DNA from: Alphaproteobacteria bacterium
GTDB taxonomy: Bacteria; Pseudomonadota; Alphaproteobacteria; GCA-2731375
Assembly: GCA_965225945.1 (NCBI GenBank)
Contig: CBDDBZ010000036.1
Coordinates: forward strand, 1 to 64,000
Direction: 5' to 3'
DNA: 64,000 bases
Positions 33,202-43,618 of the stretch are shown here, one piece after another. The notes under the pieces are model-generated. The model was not told the origin of the DNA. It did not search any database and saw nothing but the letters and a program-made list of their open reading frames with translations. Position 1 is the first letter of the stretch; each line of letters opens with the position of its first letter. The position numbers and the translations under genes are program-made.

Positions 33202-35397
33202 TCATGCTCCCTCAGTGGCGAAGCGCGTCAGCACGTTATTGATGATGCGGGAGATGTTGTTGTCGTAGCCGTCGTGCGAGAGGCTGCCGCAGAAGGTGAT
33301 CGAGCCGACGGAGAACACGGCGCCGCCGGCCGGGGTCTCGAAATAGGTCATGTCGGCGCGGACCAGTTCCTGGTGCGTTTCGAACGACCAGGTGGCGCGG
33401 TGCGTCAGCAGCTCCTCGGGCACCACGATATGACTCTCCTGATGCCCGGTGGAGCTGGCGACGACGATGGCGTTCTCGGGCGAGCCGAGCCGATGGTCCA
33501 TCCGGTCCAATTCGAAGCCGGCGGCACCCCCGCCGCTGAGGCCGAAGTTGCCGATGATCTCGTCCTCGACGCCCTCGAAGATCCAGGCGGCGCGCGGATC
33601 CTCGGCGCCGGCCGCGCGGACGTAGTAGGCCCCCTCGAAGGCGCCCTGGGCCGAGAAACCGACGCCGCAGAGCCGCTGGGGCGCCCGGTCGTTGCGCCGC
33701 CAGAGGCCACCGTAAGCACCGTCGAGGGCGTTATAATATTCCCCCGGATCGGCGGCCCAGGCGCGGATTCCGCCCTCGCCCCGGCGGATCTCGAGGACGC
33801 CCGGCACCTTCTCGCTCCGCGCCACGCGCCAATAGAAGCCATTGCCGCCGAGGTACATCAGGTTGCCGCCGCCGTCCACGAAGTCCTGGATGGCGTCGAG
33901 CGAGGCCTCGGTGTGGTATTCGGGATGCGAGCCGGTGAGCAGCACCCGGTAGGGCGCCAGAAGTGCCGCGCCCGCCTCGTCCAGATCGTCGTCCGTCACC
34001 ACGTCGTAGGCGTGCCCCTTGGCCTCCAGCCAGTCGGTCAGGTGGGTGTCGGCCGGGAAGTGGCGAAGGCCGGAGCCGCGGGGATCGAGGAAGCTCAGGA
34101 AACCGGGGCGCATGGTGATGATCGGCCGCAGCCTCGAGGAATAGCAGATCCCGCTGCCGTCCGAATGGAAGTTGTAGGTCGAGCAGCCGTAGTCCTTGTG
34201 CTCGTCCGGGTTCCACTTCGGCGCGCCCCAGTCCGCGACCCGCTGGTAGTAGGCCTGGTCGCTCGTGCCCCGGGCGTAGTTGGCATAGATCTGATGGGTG
34301 AAGGTGGCGGCGAGAACGGCGATCCGGGCCGTCGGCTTGCCGGTTTTGGGCCGGACGTAGAAGGGGATGATCTCCTCGATCCCCCGACAGCGGAGGCGGG
34401 CGCCATAGACTCCGCTTCGCAAGCTCGCCGGCGCCTCGAAGGCGAAGTCGGTCTCCCACCCGCAATCGTGGATGTCGTCGTCGTGGAAGTGGATGGCGCC
34501 GTATTCCCCGGGCGCATGGCGCCAGCACATCTCAGCGCCTGACCAGTTGGAGCCCTTCATCCCCCGCGCCGGTAGGTTGACCAGGCGGCCATGCAGTCTC
34601 GCCGGGCCCGCGTCGTGAATATCCAGCCCGTCGATTCCGCGGGAAAAATTCCAGGCGGCGCGGAGACCGTCGACCATCTCGCCCCGGGCGGCGCGCTCGA
34701 CGGCGGCCTCGTCGAGGCTGGCGGCGGCGACGAAGGGCCGCTCGATCTTGCCGTTGAAGTGCTCGACGGCGTGGGATGCGAGTCGGGCCGCGATCAGCAG
34801 CGGGCCGCCACGCGGCAGCGCCGGATCGGCGACGGTGATCACGCCCGAGCCCTCGTCGTCTATCTTCTGGCGGGGCGACAGGCGGTGCTGATGGATCGCC
34901 AGGCGTCCGCTCTGGGCCTCGAAGCTCGCCCAGATCCGATACCAGAAGCGATTGCGTACCGCCTTGCCGACGGAAACCTCGTGCAATGTGCCGTTCGCGT
35001 CGGTGAGGGCGAAGCTGGCGCCCTCGGCGCCGATCGAGAGAGCGAAGCTGCGGCCATCCTCGTCGGCCCGTGAGATCACGGCCTGTGGCGCGCCGGGGAG
35101 CGTCGGCCAGATCGTCGCGGCGATGGTGAAATCGGCCAGATCGTCCAGCCCGTCGGCATCCTCGACGATTGCATACGAGCCGAGGCGGACCGGCTGATGG
35201 CGCGAGGGATACTCGCCGGCGAAGCCCGCCGCCACCGCTTCCAGCTTCAGCCCCGGGCCGTCCGGGTTCGGGTCGGCGTGGATGATGCGCACCAGGTCGG
35301 CGCCATAAGGTTCCTCGAAGGTGCTGGAGACCTTGAACTCGATCCGCCCGCCGGGGGGAATCGAGATCCGGTCGCTATATCCGGTCAACGGCAGCAT
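33202..35397 (-). CDS. N,N-dimethylformamidase large (beta) subunit family protein
   Basis: 731 aa; IHFHDDD, YANY, STYNFHSDG, RPIITMRP, TGSHPEY, YLGGNGFYW, GFELDR. Confidence 0.88.
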   Translation of the reverse strand: MLPLTGYSDRISIPPGGRIEFKVSSTFEEPYGADLVRIIHADPNPDGPGLKLEAVAAGFAGEYPSRHQPVRLGSYAIVEDADGLDDLADFTIAATIWPTLPGAPQAVISRADEDGRSFALSIGAEGASFALTDANGTLHEVSVGKAVRNRFWYRIWASFEAQSGRLAIHQHRLSPRQKIDDEGSGVITVADPALPRGGPLLIAARLASHAVEHFNGKIERPFVAAASLDEAAVERAARGEMVDGLRAAWNFSRGIDGLDIHDAGPARLHGRLVNLPARGMKGSNWSGAEMCWRHAPGEYGAIHFHDDDIHDCGWETDFAFEAPASLRSGVYGARLRCRGIEEIIPFYVRPKTGKPTARIAVLAATFTHQIYANYARGTSDQAYYQRVADWGAPKWNPDEHKDYGCSTYNFHSDGSGICYSSRLRPIITMRPGFLSFLDPRGSGLRHFPADTHLTDWLEAKGHAYDVVTDDDLDEAGAALLAPYRVLLTGSHPEYHTEASLDAIQDFVDGGGNLMYLGGNGFYWRVARSEKVPGVLEIRRGEGGIRAWAADPGEYYNALDGAYGGLWRRNDRAPQRLCGVGFSAQGAFEGAYYVRAAGAEDPRAAWIFEGVEDEIIGNFGLSGGGAAGFELDRMDHRLGSPENAIVVASSTGHQESHIVVPEELLTHRATWSFETHQELVRADMTYFETPAGGAVFSVGSITFCGSLSHDGYDNNISRIINNVLTRFATEGA

Positions 35398-35458
35398 CGC
35401 GCACGGCTCCTTGCCCGAAACCCTAGTTGCCTCATTCAGTCCAAACGGCGGGTCCGGG

Positions 35459-35842
35459 TCAAGGCTGTCGGGCTGATTTGGTGCGTCGCCTCTTGGCGGG
35501 AGCCTTCGCCTTTTGCGCCGAGAGCGCCACATCGACCGCCGCGCGCGCCCACGCGAGGATGTCCTCCTCGTCGTCGAGGATCTCGTCCGGAACCTGCCAA
35601 TAGGATTTGAGCGCACGGGGTTTGCCCACGCGTTGGTAGGTGAAGGGGCCGCTGCCGGCGGCCTCGAAATCGGCCTTCGTCGCCTCGTCGACCTTCAGGT
35701 GCAGGCCATTCTCGACCACCAGCGCGAACATCACGTCGGTGTAAAAGATACCGAGGCCGCCGAACATGCGGCGCGCCGTCACCGGCCCGAGGGGCGCCAG
35801 CAGGTCCAGCAGATGGTCACGATACTCGGGCGAGACGGCCAT
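35459..35842 (-). CDS. TfoX/Sxy N-terminal domain protein
   Basis: LGPVTARRMFGGLG..MFALV..LKVD..PFTY..SYWQVP. Confidence 0.88.
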   Translation of the reverse strand: MAVSPEYRDHLLDLLAPLGPVTARRMFGGLGIFYTDVMFALVVENGLHLKVDEATKADFEAAGSGPFTYQRVGKPRALKSYWQVPDEILDDEEDILAWARAAVDVALSAQKAKAPAKRRRTKSARQP

Positions 35843-36002
35843 CGGCCCGGCCTCCGGCACCGTGGGCCGCGCGGCTGTGGCGCAAACATTCCATGGCTGC
35901 GGTTTCCTTATCGGAATTGCGCCATATTATGGCTTGGCTGCGGCCCGCCCGGAAGCGAGGCCGGACCGTCGTGCAAGGACAAGGGCCGAGGGTAGGCGGA
36001 CA

Positions 36003-36794
36003 ATGCTGATCGCGCAGATCACCGACATGCACGTGACCGTGCCCGGCCGCCGGGCGGATGAGGTCTACGACACCTCGGGCCGGCTGGCCCGCTGGGTGGC
36101 GCGCCTGAACGCGCACGAGCCCCGACCCGACCTGGTGCTCGCCACCGGCGATCTGGTGAACGACGGCGAGGCGGCGGAATACGCCCGGCTCGCCGAATTC
36201 CTGGACGGACTCGAAATCCCATTCTACCTCGCCGCCGGCAACCACGACGATCGCGACAACCTGCGTGCCGCCTTTCCCACCCACGACTATCTCGCGGGCG
36301 AGGACGAGTTCCTGCACTACGTGATCGAGGACTGGCCGCTCCGCATCATCATGCTCGACACGTTGATCCCGGGCGAGATCGGTGGCCGGCTCTGCGCCCG
36401 CAGGCTCGACTGGCTGGCGGCGCGCCTCGCCGAGGCGCCGGAAAGGCCGACGCTGATCGCCCTCCACCACCCCCCGTTCCGGAGCGGAATTCCGGTGATG
36501 GACGCGGTCGGCCTCGACGGTTCGGAAGCGTTCGCGGAGGTGATCGCGCCCCATGCCAACGTCCTGCGCGTGGTGGCGGGGCACCTGCATCGCGCGATCA
36601 ACGGTACGGTCGCCGGTCGGCCCGTGAGCACGGCGCCGGCGACGGCGCATCAGCTCGGTCTGACCTTCGAAGTGCGCGATCGCCCGATGATCACGGCCGA
36701 ACCACCGGCGGCCCATCTCCACCTCTGGCTCGGCGAGGCAGGCGGGCTGATCACCCACACGATCCATCTGGACGCGCCCGAGATCCCGCGTTGA
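36003..36794 (+). CDS. CpdA/Icc-like metallophosphodiesterase
   Basis: QITDMH, TGDL, GNHD, HHPP, GHLHR motifs. Confidence 0.9.
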   Translation: MLIAQITDMHVTVPGRRADEVYDTSGRLARWVARLNAHEPRPDLVLATGDLVNDGEAAEYARLAEFLDGLEIPFYLAAGNHDDRDNLRAAFPTHDYLAGEDEFLHYVIEDWPLRIIMLDTLIPGEIGGRLCARRLDWLAARLAEAPERPTLIALHHPPFRSGIPVMDAVGLDGSEAFAEVIAPHANVLRVVAGHLHRAINGTVAGRPVSTAPATAHQLGLTFEVRDRPMITAEPPAAHLHLWLGEAGGLITHTIHLDAPEIPR

Positions 36795-36813
36795 GACTTT
36801 GTCGCCACGCGTT

Positions 36814-36982
36814 CGGCGTGGCATGGCCCGGCCTCCCGCTCTCCCGCCCAACCACCCAGCGCGCCGGCCGGGCCATGCCACGCCGGCCGGAGCAATCCAT
36901 GCCAGACGGCGTGCCGGGGCCTCCCGCTCCTGGGTGGTTTGGCCGGGGGAGAAGACCGGGAGCGGGAGGCCCCGGCACGCCG
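36814..36982. repeat. Two long perfect inverted repeats between convergent genes
   Basis: 20-bp stem 36814-36833/36866-36885 and 24-bp stem 36907-36930/36959-36982. Confidence 0.9.
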
Positions 36983-37009
36983 CGCGAGCGGCGAGCAAAA
37001 AAAGACTCC

Positions 37010-37909
37010 TCAGCGGCCGAAAGCGATCAGCATCACCGCCGGCACGATCAGGAACAGCGCCAGCACGCCGCGCCGGTTCAGCACTTCGGCGCGGAACAGA
37101 TAGCGGCTCAGGATCAGCGAGACGAAGGGCGAGGCGGCGACGATCGGCCCCACGACGATCAGCTCGCCGGTTTGCAGCGCGGTGTTGAGCGAGAGCAGCG
37201 ACAATCCGTTGATCAGCCCGGCGAGGGGGAACCAGCCCAGTCCGGGCCGGCGCCAGGTGATCGCTGGACGCCGCCGGCGCCGCAGCCGCTCGCCCGCTAG
37301 CGCGATCGCGAAGGAAACGGTGACACTCACCAGACCCGCGAAATGGGCGCTCGGCAGGACTTCCATCCCGACCTTGGAGAGGGCATGGCCGAAGACGCGG
37401 ATCACCGCCGCCGCGAGCGGCAACGAGAGCGCCCAGCGCGGCCAATTTACCTCGAGGCCCCCGGGGAGGCCCCCGGGGAGGCCACCGGGCCGGACCAACA
37501 GGAGAATCGCGCCGACGATGACCAGCGTACCGACGGCGACGGGCCAGCTCAGGCTTTCGCCGAGCCAGAAGACACCCAGGAGCGCGCCGAAGAGCGGCGA
37601 GGTGGAGGCGATCGTGGCCGCCAACGTGGGGCCGAGATAACGGGTGCCGGCGAGCGCCAGGTTGCCCGAAAGGAAGGGCCGTACCAGGCCGACCGCGGCG
37701 AAGATCACGATGGCCCCGTCGAGCCAGAACCAGCGCTCGACGAAGAACGGCGCCAGCAGCCAATAGAACGCGGTAGAGCCGGCGAGCGACAGCATCGTGC
37801 CGGTGCGCGAATCCGCGTGCCTGAGGCCGAGGTTGAGAATTTGCTCGCTCAAGCCGAAGAGGCAGGCCGACGCGAGCGAGAGGAGGATCGGCAGATAGGC
37901 GTGGCTCAT
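37010..37909 (-). CDS. DMT/EamA family transporter
   Basis: About 10 hydrophobic segments in two repeats; SPLFGALLGVFWLGE, SPFVSLILSRYLFRAE. Confidence 0.85.
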   Translation of the reverse strand: MSHAYLPILLSLASACLFGLSEQILNLGLRHADSRTGTMLSLAGSTAFYWLLAPFFVERWFWLDGAIVIFAAVGLVRPFLSGNLALAGTRYLGPTLAATIASTSPLFGALLGVFWLGESLSWPVAVGTLVIVGAILLLVRPGGLPGGLPGGLEVNWPRWALSLPLAAAVIRVFGHALSKVGMEVLPSAHFAGLVSVTVSFAIALAGERLRRRRRPAITWRRPGLGWFPLAGLINGLSLLSLNTALQTGELIVVGPIVAASPFVSLILSRYLFRAEVLNRRGVLALFLIVPAVMLIAFGR

Positions 37910-37925
37910 CGCGCCAGGGCTGGCA

Positions 37926-39275
37926 TCACTCGGCGGCGGCGACCGCTGGCACCAGCCAGGCGGCGAGGTCGCGGCGCGCGCGGGCCGCCGTCGCCGGTTT
38001 GCGCTCGCGCCGTCCAAGCTTGCCCCCCAGCGGCGGGAAGAGCCCGAAGTTGACGTTCATCGGCTGGAACGTCTTCGCGTCCGCGCCGCCGGTGATGTGC
38101 GCCAGAAGCGCGCCCAGCGCGGTGGTCGGCGGCGGCGGGCGAACCGGCTCGCCCCGCCGTTCGGCGGCGGCGAAGCGCCCGCTCAGTAAGCCGATCGCGG
38201 CGCTCTCGACATAGCCCTCGACGCCGGTGATCTGCCCGGCGAAGCGCAGCCTCGGCGCCGCCCGGAGACGGCAGGTGGCGTCGAGCAGGCGCGGGCTGTT
38301 GAGGAAGGTATTGCGGTGGATACCGCCCAAGCGGGCGAAGCGCGCGCCCTCGAGGCCCGGGACCTGGCGAAATATCCGGGTCTGCGCGCCGTGACGCAGC
38401 TTGGTCTGGAAGCCGACGATGTTGTAGAGCGTGCCGAGCGCGTTATCCTGGCGCAGTTGGACGACCGCGTGGGGCTTTTCGCTCGGCGCGTGCGGGTTGG
38501 TCAGGCCGACCGGCTTCATCGGCCCGAAGCGCGGCGTCTCGGGCCCCCGCGCCGCCATCACCTCGATCGGCAAACAACCCTCGAAATAGGGCGTATCGCG
38601 TTCCCAGTCCTTGAAGTCGGTGGTCTCGCCCGCCAGCAGATCGGCGATGAAGCGATCGTATTCAGCCCGCGTCAAGGGGCAGTTGATATAGTCCTTGCCG
38701 TCGCCGCCGGGGCCTGGCTTATCATAGCGCGACTGGAACCACGCCTTGGAGAAATCGATCGAGTCCTTGTACACGATCGGCGCGATGGCATCGAAGAAGG
38801 CCAAAGAGTCCTCGCCCGTCAGGGCGTGGATCGCGCCGGCCAGCGCCTCGGAGGTCAGCGGGCCGGTGGCGACGATCACGCTGTCCCATGCCTCGGGCGG
38901 CAGGTCCGCTATCTCCTCGCGGGCGATTTCGACCAGCGGCTCGCCCTCCAGCGCCCTCGTCACGGCAGCGGAGAAGGCGACGCGATCGACCGCGAGGGCA
39001 CCGCCGGCGGGCACCTTGTTGGCGTCCGCCGAGGCCATGATCAGGGAATTGGCGCGGCGCATCTCCTCGTGCAGCAGCCCGACGGCGTTGCGCTCCGCGT
39101 CGTCCGAACGAAACGAATTGGAGCAAACCAGCTCCGCCAGCCCGTCACCCCCATGGGCGGCGGTGGACCGGGTCGGGCGCATCTCGTGCAGCACCGACGG
39201 CACGCCTGCGCGGGCCGCCTGCCAAGCCGCCTCCGAGCCCGCCAAGCCACCACCGATGATGTGAATGGGACGCAT
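37926..39275 (-). CDS. trmFO: Folate/FAD-dependent tRNA (uracil-5-)-methyltransferase
   Basis: [54 protein letters not shown]. Confidence 0.96.
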   Translation of the reverse strand: MRPIHIIGGGLAGSEAAWQAARAGVPSVLHEMRPTRSTAAHGGDGLAELVCSNSFRSDDAERNAVGLLHEEMRRANSLIMASADANKVPAGGALAVDRVAFSAAVTRALEGEPLVEIAREEIADLPPEAWDSVIVATGPLTSEALAGAIHALTGEDSLAFFDAIAPIVYKDSIDFSKAWFQSRYDKPGPGGDGKDYINCPLTRAEYDRFIADLLAGETTDFKDWERDTPYFEGCLPIEVMAARGPETPRFGPMKPVGLTNPHAPSEKPHAVVQLRQDNALGTLYNIVGFQTKLRHGAQTRIFRQVPGLEGARFARLGGIHRNTFLNSPRLLDATCRLRAAPRLRFAGQITGVEGYVESAAIGLLSGRFAAAERRGEPVRPPPPTTALGALLAHITGGADAKTFQPMNVNFGLFPPLGGKLGRRERKPATAARARRDLAAWLVPAVAAAE

Positions 39276-39339
39276 TTCAGGTCTTTCGCCGCCGTTGCCG
39301 CCACCCTTCATAGGTCGCGCGGCGCACTCGGCGCAAGGC

Positions 39340-39413
39340 GGATACGGGGACACAGGATAAGGGGACACAATACTTAACTTCATGAAGTTAAGTATTGTGT
39401 CCCCTTATCCTGT
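39340..39413. repeat. Perfect 62-bp palindrome (39352-39413) with tandemly duplicated outer end; REP/MITE-like
   Basis: ACAGGATAAGGGGACACAATACTTAACTTCA|TGAAGTTAAGTATTGTGTCCCCTTATCCTGT, preceded by GGATACGGGGACAC. Confidence 0.9.
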
Positions 39414-39443
39414 CCGCGCGAGGCGCCGCCCTGGATCGACGCA

Positions 39444-40962
39444 CTACTTGACGGTGATCCGCCCCTCGAGGGCCGGCGAGATGGTGCCCTGGGCGGCGAT
39501 GTGGTCCATCACCACGGTCGCCATCAGCGCGCCGCCCGCCGCGCCGATGATGGTCTTGGCCTCCTTCAGCACCGCGTAGCCGTTCGCCGCCGCCGGCGAT
39601 GTATTCGTTGGTCGCGACCTTGTAGCGCTTGGCCCCTTCGACCGGTTGCCCGGCGACCGTCGCCTCGACCACGCGGCTCCCCTTGGGCCGCTTGGGATCG
39701 AAGGCGTAAGCCATGCCCGAGACATGGGGGAAGCGGCCGGCGATATCCTCGACCCGACTGACGCCGTTCTCCAGCGCCTCCAAGAGCTGTGCCCCGGTGA
39801 GTTCCAGCAGGACCACGTAATTGCCGAAGGGAAGCTCGCTCAGCACGTCCATTCGGGTGAGCGTGGTCTCGGGCTCGTAGGTCCGATCGCCCCGGATGCC
39901 GCCGCCGTTGGTGAAGCCGATGTCGGCCTCGAGGCTGGCGCGGATGGCGTCGGCCATCAGGTTGGCGAAGTTGCTTTCCCTGCCGCGCACGGTCGCCCGC
40001 CGGCTGTCCAGCAGCACGGTGGTCTTGCCCACGGGCACCGAGAGCTTCTCGTCGAGCGATTTTTCGTGGCCGGCGACGATACGAGCGATCTCCGGATCGG
40101 GCGTAACCCCGGCGGTGGAGAGGAAACGCCATTGCGGCAGCATCGAGACCCGGGTGCCGCCGCGCCCCTTCTTCTTCTCGATCGTGATGTCGGCGACGGC
40201 GAGATAATGCGCGTCGTAGCCGGCCTTGAGGATCAAGGTGCCGCCTTCGTAGACGCTGATCGGATCGTGGTCGTGGCCGCCGAGGATCACGTGGATACCC
40301 CTGACCCGCTTGGCCAGCTCGCGGTCCTGGGCGAGATCGAGGTGGGTCAACGCGATGATGAAGTCGGCGCCGTCCGCCTTCAGCGACTCGACCGCCTTGA
40401 GCGCGGTCTCGACCGCCGAGGTGAAGGTGATCTTCTCGCTGGGGCTGGAGAGCGTGCTCGTCTCCGGCGTCAGCAAGGAGAACAGGCCCATCTTCAGCTC
40501 ACCGAGGGGTCGCACGATGGTCGCCTGGGAGACGCCGAACGGCCGGCCGTTGGCGCCGAGCGTGTTGGTGGCGAGCCAGACGAAGTTGGAGCCCTGCATG
40601 CGTTGGATCATCACGTCGTCGCCAAAGTCGAACTCGTGATTGCCGAGGCCGGCAACGTCGAGGCCAATGGCGTTCATCAGCTCGATCATCTGCGCGCCCT
40701 TGGTCAGGCCCGACATCACCGAGGGCGAAATCAGGTCGCCGCCCAGCGTCGTCAGGTGGTTGGCCGCGCGGGCACGTTCCGCCCGGAGCAGGGTCATCAG
40801 CTCCGCCAGGCCGCCCTTGCCCCGCTTCTGGGAGATCTCGTAGACGTCGTTCACGTGCAACAGCGTCAACTCCGCCTTCTGCGCCCCGGCGGCGAGCGGC
40901 GCCATCACCAGAGTCGTCGCCAAGCCGGCGGCCACGCTCCAGTTCACTCCTTTGGTCGCCAT
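39444..40962 (-). CDS. Periplasmic 5'-nucleotidase (UshA-like), +1 frameshift near 39583
   Basis: Signal peptide; HVND, GGD, GNHEFD, GGHDH, NGGGIRG, LPFGN; C-terminal GYAVLK..EGRITVK in the adjacent frame. Confidence 0.88.
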
Positions 40963-41024
40963 ATTGCTCCCCCCTCTGTTCGAAGCTCCGAATTCTACCA
41001 CCTGGCCGGGGTGATCGGGCAGCA

Positions 41025-41540
41025 TCAATCGCGCCCGACAGTTTGGCTGCGGCGTTCCAACAGAACCACGTCGCGCCATTGTCCCCGGTGCGGGCCGTGG
41101 CGCATCCGACCGGGCCGCTCGCGGACGCCCAGGCGGCGAAAGCCCAAGGCCTCGTGAAGCGCAATCGAGGCGGCGTTCTCGGGGAAGATGCCGGCTTCGA
41201 GGGTCCACACGCCCGCCGCTTCCGAGGCCTCGATCAGGGCGCCGAGAAGCCGCCGGCCGAGGCCCCGGCCGCGCGCGGCGTCGGCCAGGTAGATGGCGAC
41301 CTCCGCGATTCCCGCGTAGACCGGCCGCGAGGAGACCGGCGACAGCGCCGCCCAGCCGAGAATTTCGCCCCTCCGCGCCGCCACCAGGCGGCAGTCGGCG
41401 CGGCGCGAGGCGTCCCAGGCCGGCCAATCCGGGGCCGCTTCCTCGAAGGTGGCGTCGCCGGTGTCAATTCCTTGCCGGTAGATCCGCAACACGGCAGCAC
41501 CATCCGCCGCCGTCATCGGGCGGATCTCGATCTCCGCCAT
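41025..41540 (-). CDS. GNAT N-acetyltransferase (PAT/YncA-like)
   Basis: ATFE, RGRGLG, IFPENAASIALHEALGF, WRDVVLLERRS. Confidence 0.9.
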   Translation of the reverse strand: MAEIEIRPMTAADGAAVLRIYRQGIDTGDATFEEAAPDWPAWDASRRADCRLVAARRGEILGWAALSPVSSRPVYAGIAEVAIYLADAARGRGLGRRLLGALIEASEAAGVWTLEAGIFPENAASIALHEALGFRRLGVRERPGRMRHGPHRGQWRDVVLLERRSQTVGRD

Positions 41541-41707
41541 TTCGCCTCTCCCTCGGCCCCGTTGGTGGATCGATGCTTGGGCTTTCCCGGCCCGTGCGCA
41601 AGGGTCGTTTTCCGGGCTGCCGGGCGCCCCATTTGCAGTCCGCCGCGCACCTGGGCAGACTCCGCCGCGACGAGACGAGGTCGATGGCGTCGGGAGGTAT
41701 GGGAAGC

Positions 41708-42664
41708 ATGCAATTCGGCCTGCATCTGGGCACCCGCGGGGTCGCGGCGACGCCCGAGGGAATCCGCGAGATGGCACGACACTGCGAGGCGATGGGGCTG
41801 AGCCACCTCGGCTTCTCCGACCACGTGGTCATCGCCCGCGGCGTCGATTCCCGCTATCCCTACAACGAGAGCGGCCGTTGGCCGGCGAGCGATACCGGCT
41901 TCTGCCTGGAGCAGATCACCACCATCGTCTTCGCCGCCGCCGTCACCGAGCGCATCCGGCTGCTGACCTCGGTCATGGTCCTGCCCCACCGCCCGCCGGT
42001 GCTGGCCGCGAAGATGCTGGCGACGGCCGACGTGCTCTCGAAAGGGCGCCTCGTGGTCGGCGCCGGGATCGGCTGGATGGCGGAGGAGATGGCGGTCCTG
42101 GGCGGCCCCGGCTACCAGAACCGGGTCGAGGCCGCGGAGGAATACCTGGAGGCCTTCCGCGTGCTCTGGACCGAGGACCGGCCGGCTTACGCCGGCGATC
42201 ACGTCGCCTTCGACGATATCCTGTTCACGCCGAAACCCGTCCAAAAGCCACATCCGCCGATCTGGATCGGCGGCGAGGGCAAGCCCGCGCGCCGGCGCGC
42301 CGGACGCTTGGGCGAGGGTTGGTATCCGGTCGTCGCCAGCCCCCGGGTCCCGCTGGACACGCCGGCCAGGTTCGCCGAGGGGCTGGCCGAGGTCCGCGCG
42401 CACGCCGAGGCGGCGGGACGCGACCCGAGCGCGATTCAAACCGCCCTGTTCGCCTCCTGGTACCGGTTGGGCGCGCCGAGGCGGGGCGCCGAGGGCGAGC
42501 GGCTGGCGTTCACGGGGACGGCGGCGGACATCGCGGCCGACCTCGAGGCCTATTCGCGGGCCGGTCTCCAGACCGTGCTGATCGGCTTCGAGACCGACGA
42601 CGTGAACGAGGCCAAGGACCGGGTCGAGGCCTTGGCGCGCGAGGTCATGCCACTGGTCGGCTGA
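41708..42664 (+). CDS. Luciferase-like (LLM class) oxidoreductase
   Basis: FSDHV, TERIRL, DVLSKGRL..GAGIGW, PKPVQKPHPPIWIGG. Confidence 0.9.
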   Translation: MQFGLHLGTRGVAATPEGIREMARHCEAMGLSHLGFSDHVVIARGVDSRYPYNESGRWPASDTGFCLEQITTIVFAAAVTERIRLLTSVMVLPHRPPVLAAKMLATADVLSKGRLVVGAGIGWMAEEMAVLGGPGYQNRVEAAEEYLEAFRVLWTEDRPAYAGDHVAFDDILFTPKPVQKPHPPIWIGGEGKPARRRAGRLGEGWYPVVASPRVPLDTPARFAEGLAEVRAHAEAAGRDPSAIQTALFASWYRLGAPRRGAEGERLAFTGTAADIAADLEAYSRAGLQTVLIGFETDDVNEAKDRVEALAREVMPLVG

Positions 42665-42702
42665 CGGGAGCGGTTGGAAACTCGGAGACGGAGAGGATTG
42701 AC

Positions 42703-43587
42703 ATGCAACTCGGCTATGTCGGCTTGGGAAACATGGGGGGCGCGCTGGCGCGCCGGCTGATGCGGGGCCACGCGCTCCGCGTCTTCGATTTGCGGCCGGA
42801 GGTGATGGAGACCTTCGCCGCCGAGGGGGCCACTCCGGCCCAGGGGCCCCGCGCGCTGGCCGAGGGCTGCGACGTCGTGATGACCTGCCTGCCGACTTCC
42901 GACGAGGTCGAGGACGCGGTCTTCGGCGAGGACGGCATCGCCGCCGGAATCGACGAGGGCGGCATCATCGCCGATATGACGACCGGCGATCCCAACGCGA
43001 CGCGGCGCATGGCCGACGAGCTGAAGGCGCGCGGCATCACGCTGATCGACGCCCCCGTGAGCGGCGGGCCGCACGGCGCCGAGGCCGGCACCATCGCCAT
43101 CATGGTCGGCGCCAGCGAGGCCGATTACGCGATCTGCTTGGCGCTCTTCCAGACCATCTCTCCCAACGTCTTTCACGCCGGCCCGGTCGGCGCCGGGCAT
43201 GTGATGAAGCTGGTGAACAACATGGTGGCGGCGAGCGTCCGCGCGGTCACCTTCGAGGCGGTGGTGATGGGGGTCAAGAACGGTCTCGACCTCGCGACCT
43301 GCGCCGACATCCTGCACAAGAGCTCGGGCCGGAGCTATACGACGGAGATCACGCTGCCCGGCTTGGTCGCGGGCCATCACGCCGCCAACTTCACCATGGG
43401 ATTGATGCACAAGGACGTGCGTCTGGCGACCCAGTTGGGCCTCGATTCGGGCGCGCCGATGCTGATCTCCAACCTCGTGCGGGAGATCTTCCAGACCGCG
43501 ATCAACGAGTTCGGCGCCGAGGCCGACGTCAACATGCTGATCCGGGGCTTCGAGAACCGTGCCAATACCAAGGTGGTGGGCGCGTGA
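42703..43587 (+). CDS. 3-hydroxyisobutyrate dehydrogenase family NAD(P) oxidoreductase
   Basis: GLGNMG, DAPVSGG, KLVNN, HKDV motifs. Confidence 0.9.
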   Translation: MQLGYVGLGNMGGALARRLMRGHALRVFDLRPEVMETFAAEGATPAQGPRALAEGCDVVMTCLPTSDEVEDAVFGEDGIAAGIDEGGIIADMTTGDPNATRRMADELKARGITLIDAPVSGGPHGAEAGTIAIMVGASEADYAICLALFQTISPNVFHAGPVGAGHVMKLVNNMVAASVRAVTFEAVVMGVKNGLDLATCADILHKSSGRSYTTEITLPGLVAGHHAANFTMGLMHKDVRLATQLGLDSGAPMLISNLVREIFQTAINEFGAEADVNMLIRGFENRANTKVVGA

Positions 43588-43618
43588 TCGCACCGCTGAT
43601 CAGGAAAGGGCGGAAACG

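Noticed and set aside
36791-37300. Plus-strand ORFs across the cpdA-DMT spacer
   Set aside because: They overlap the hairpins and the antisense of the DMT gene; Arg/Pro-rich with no motifs
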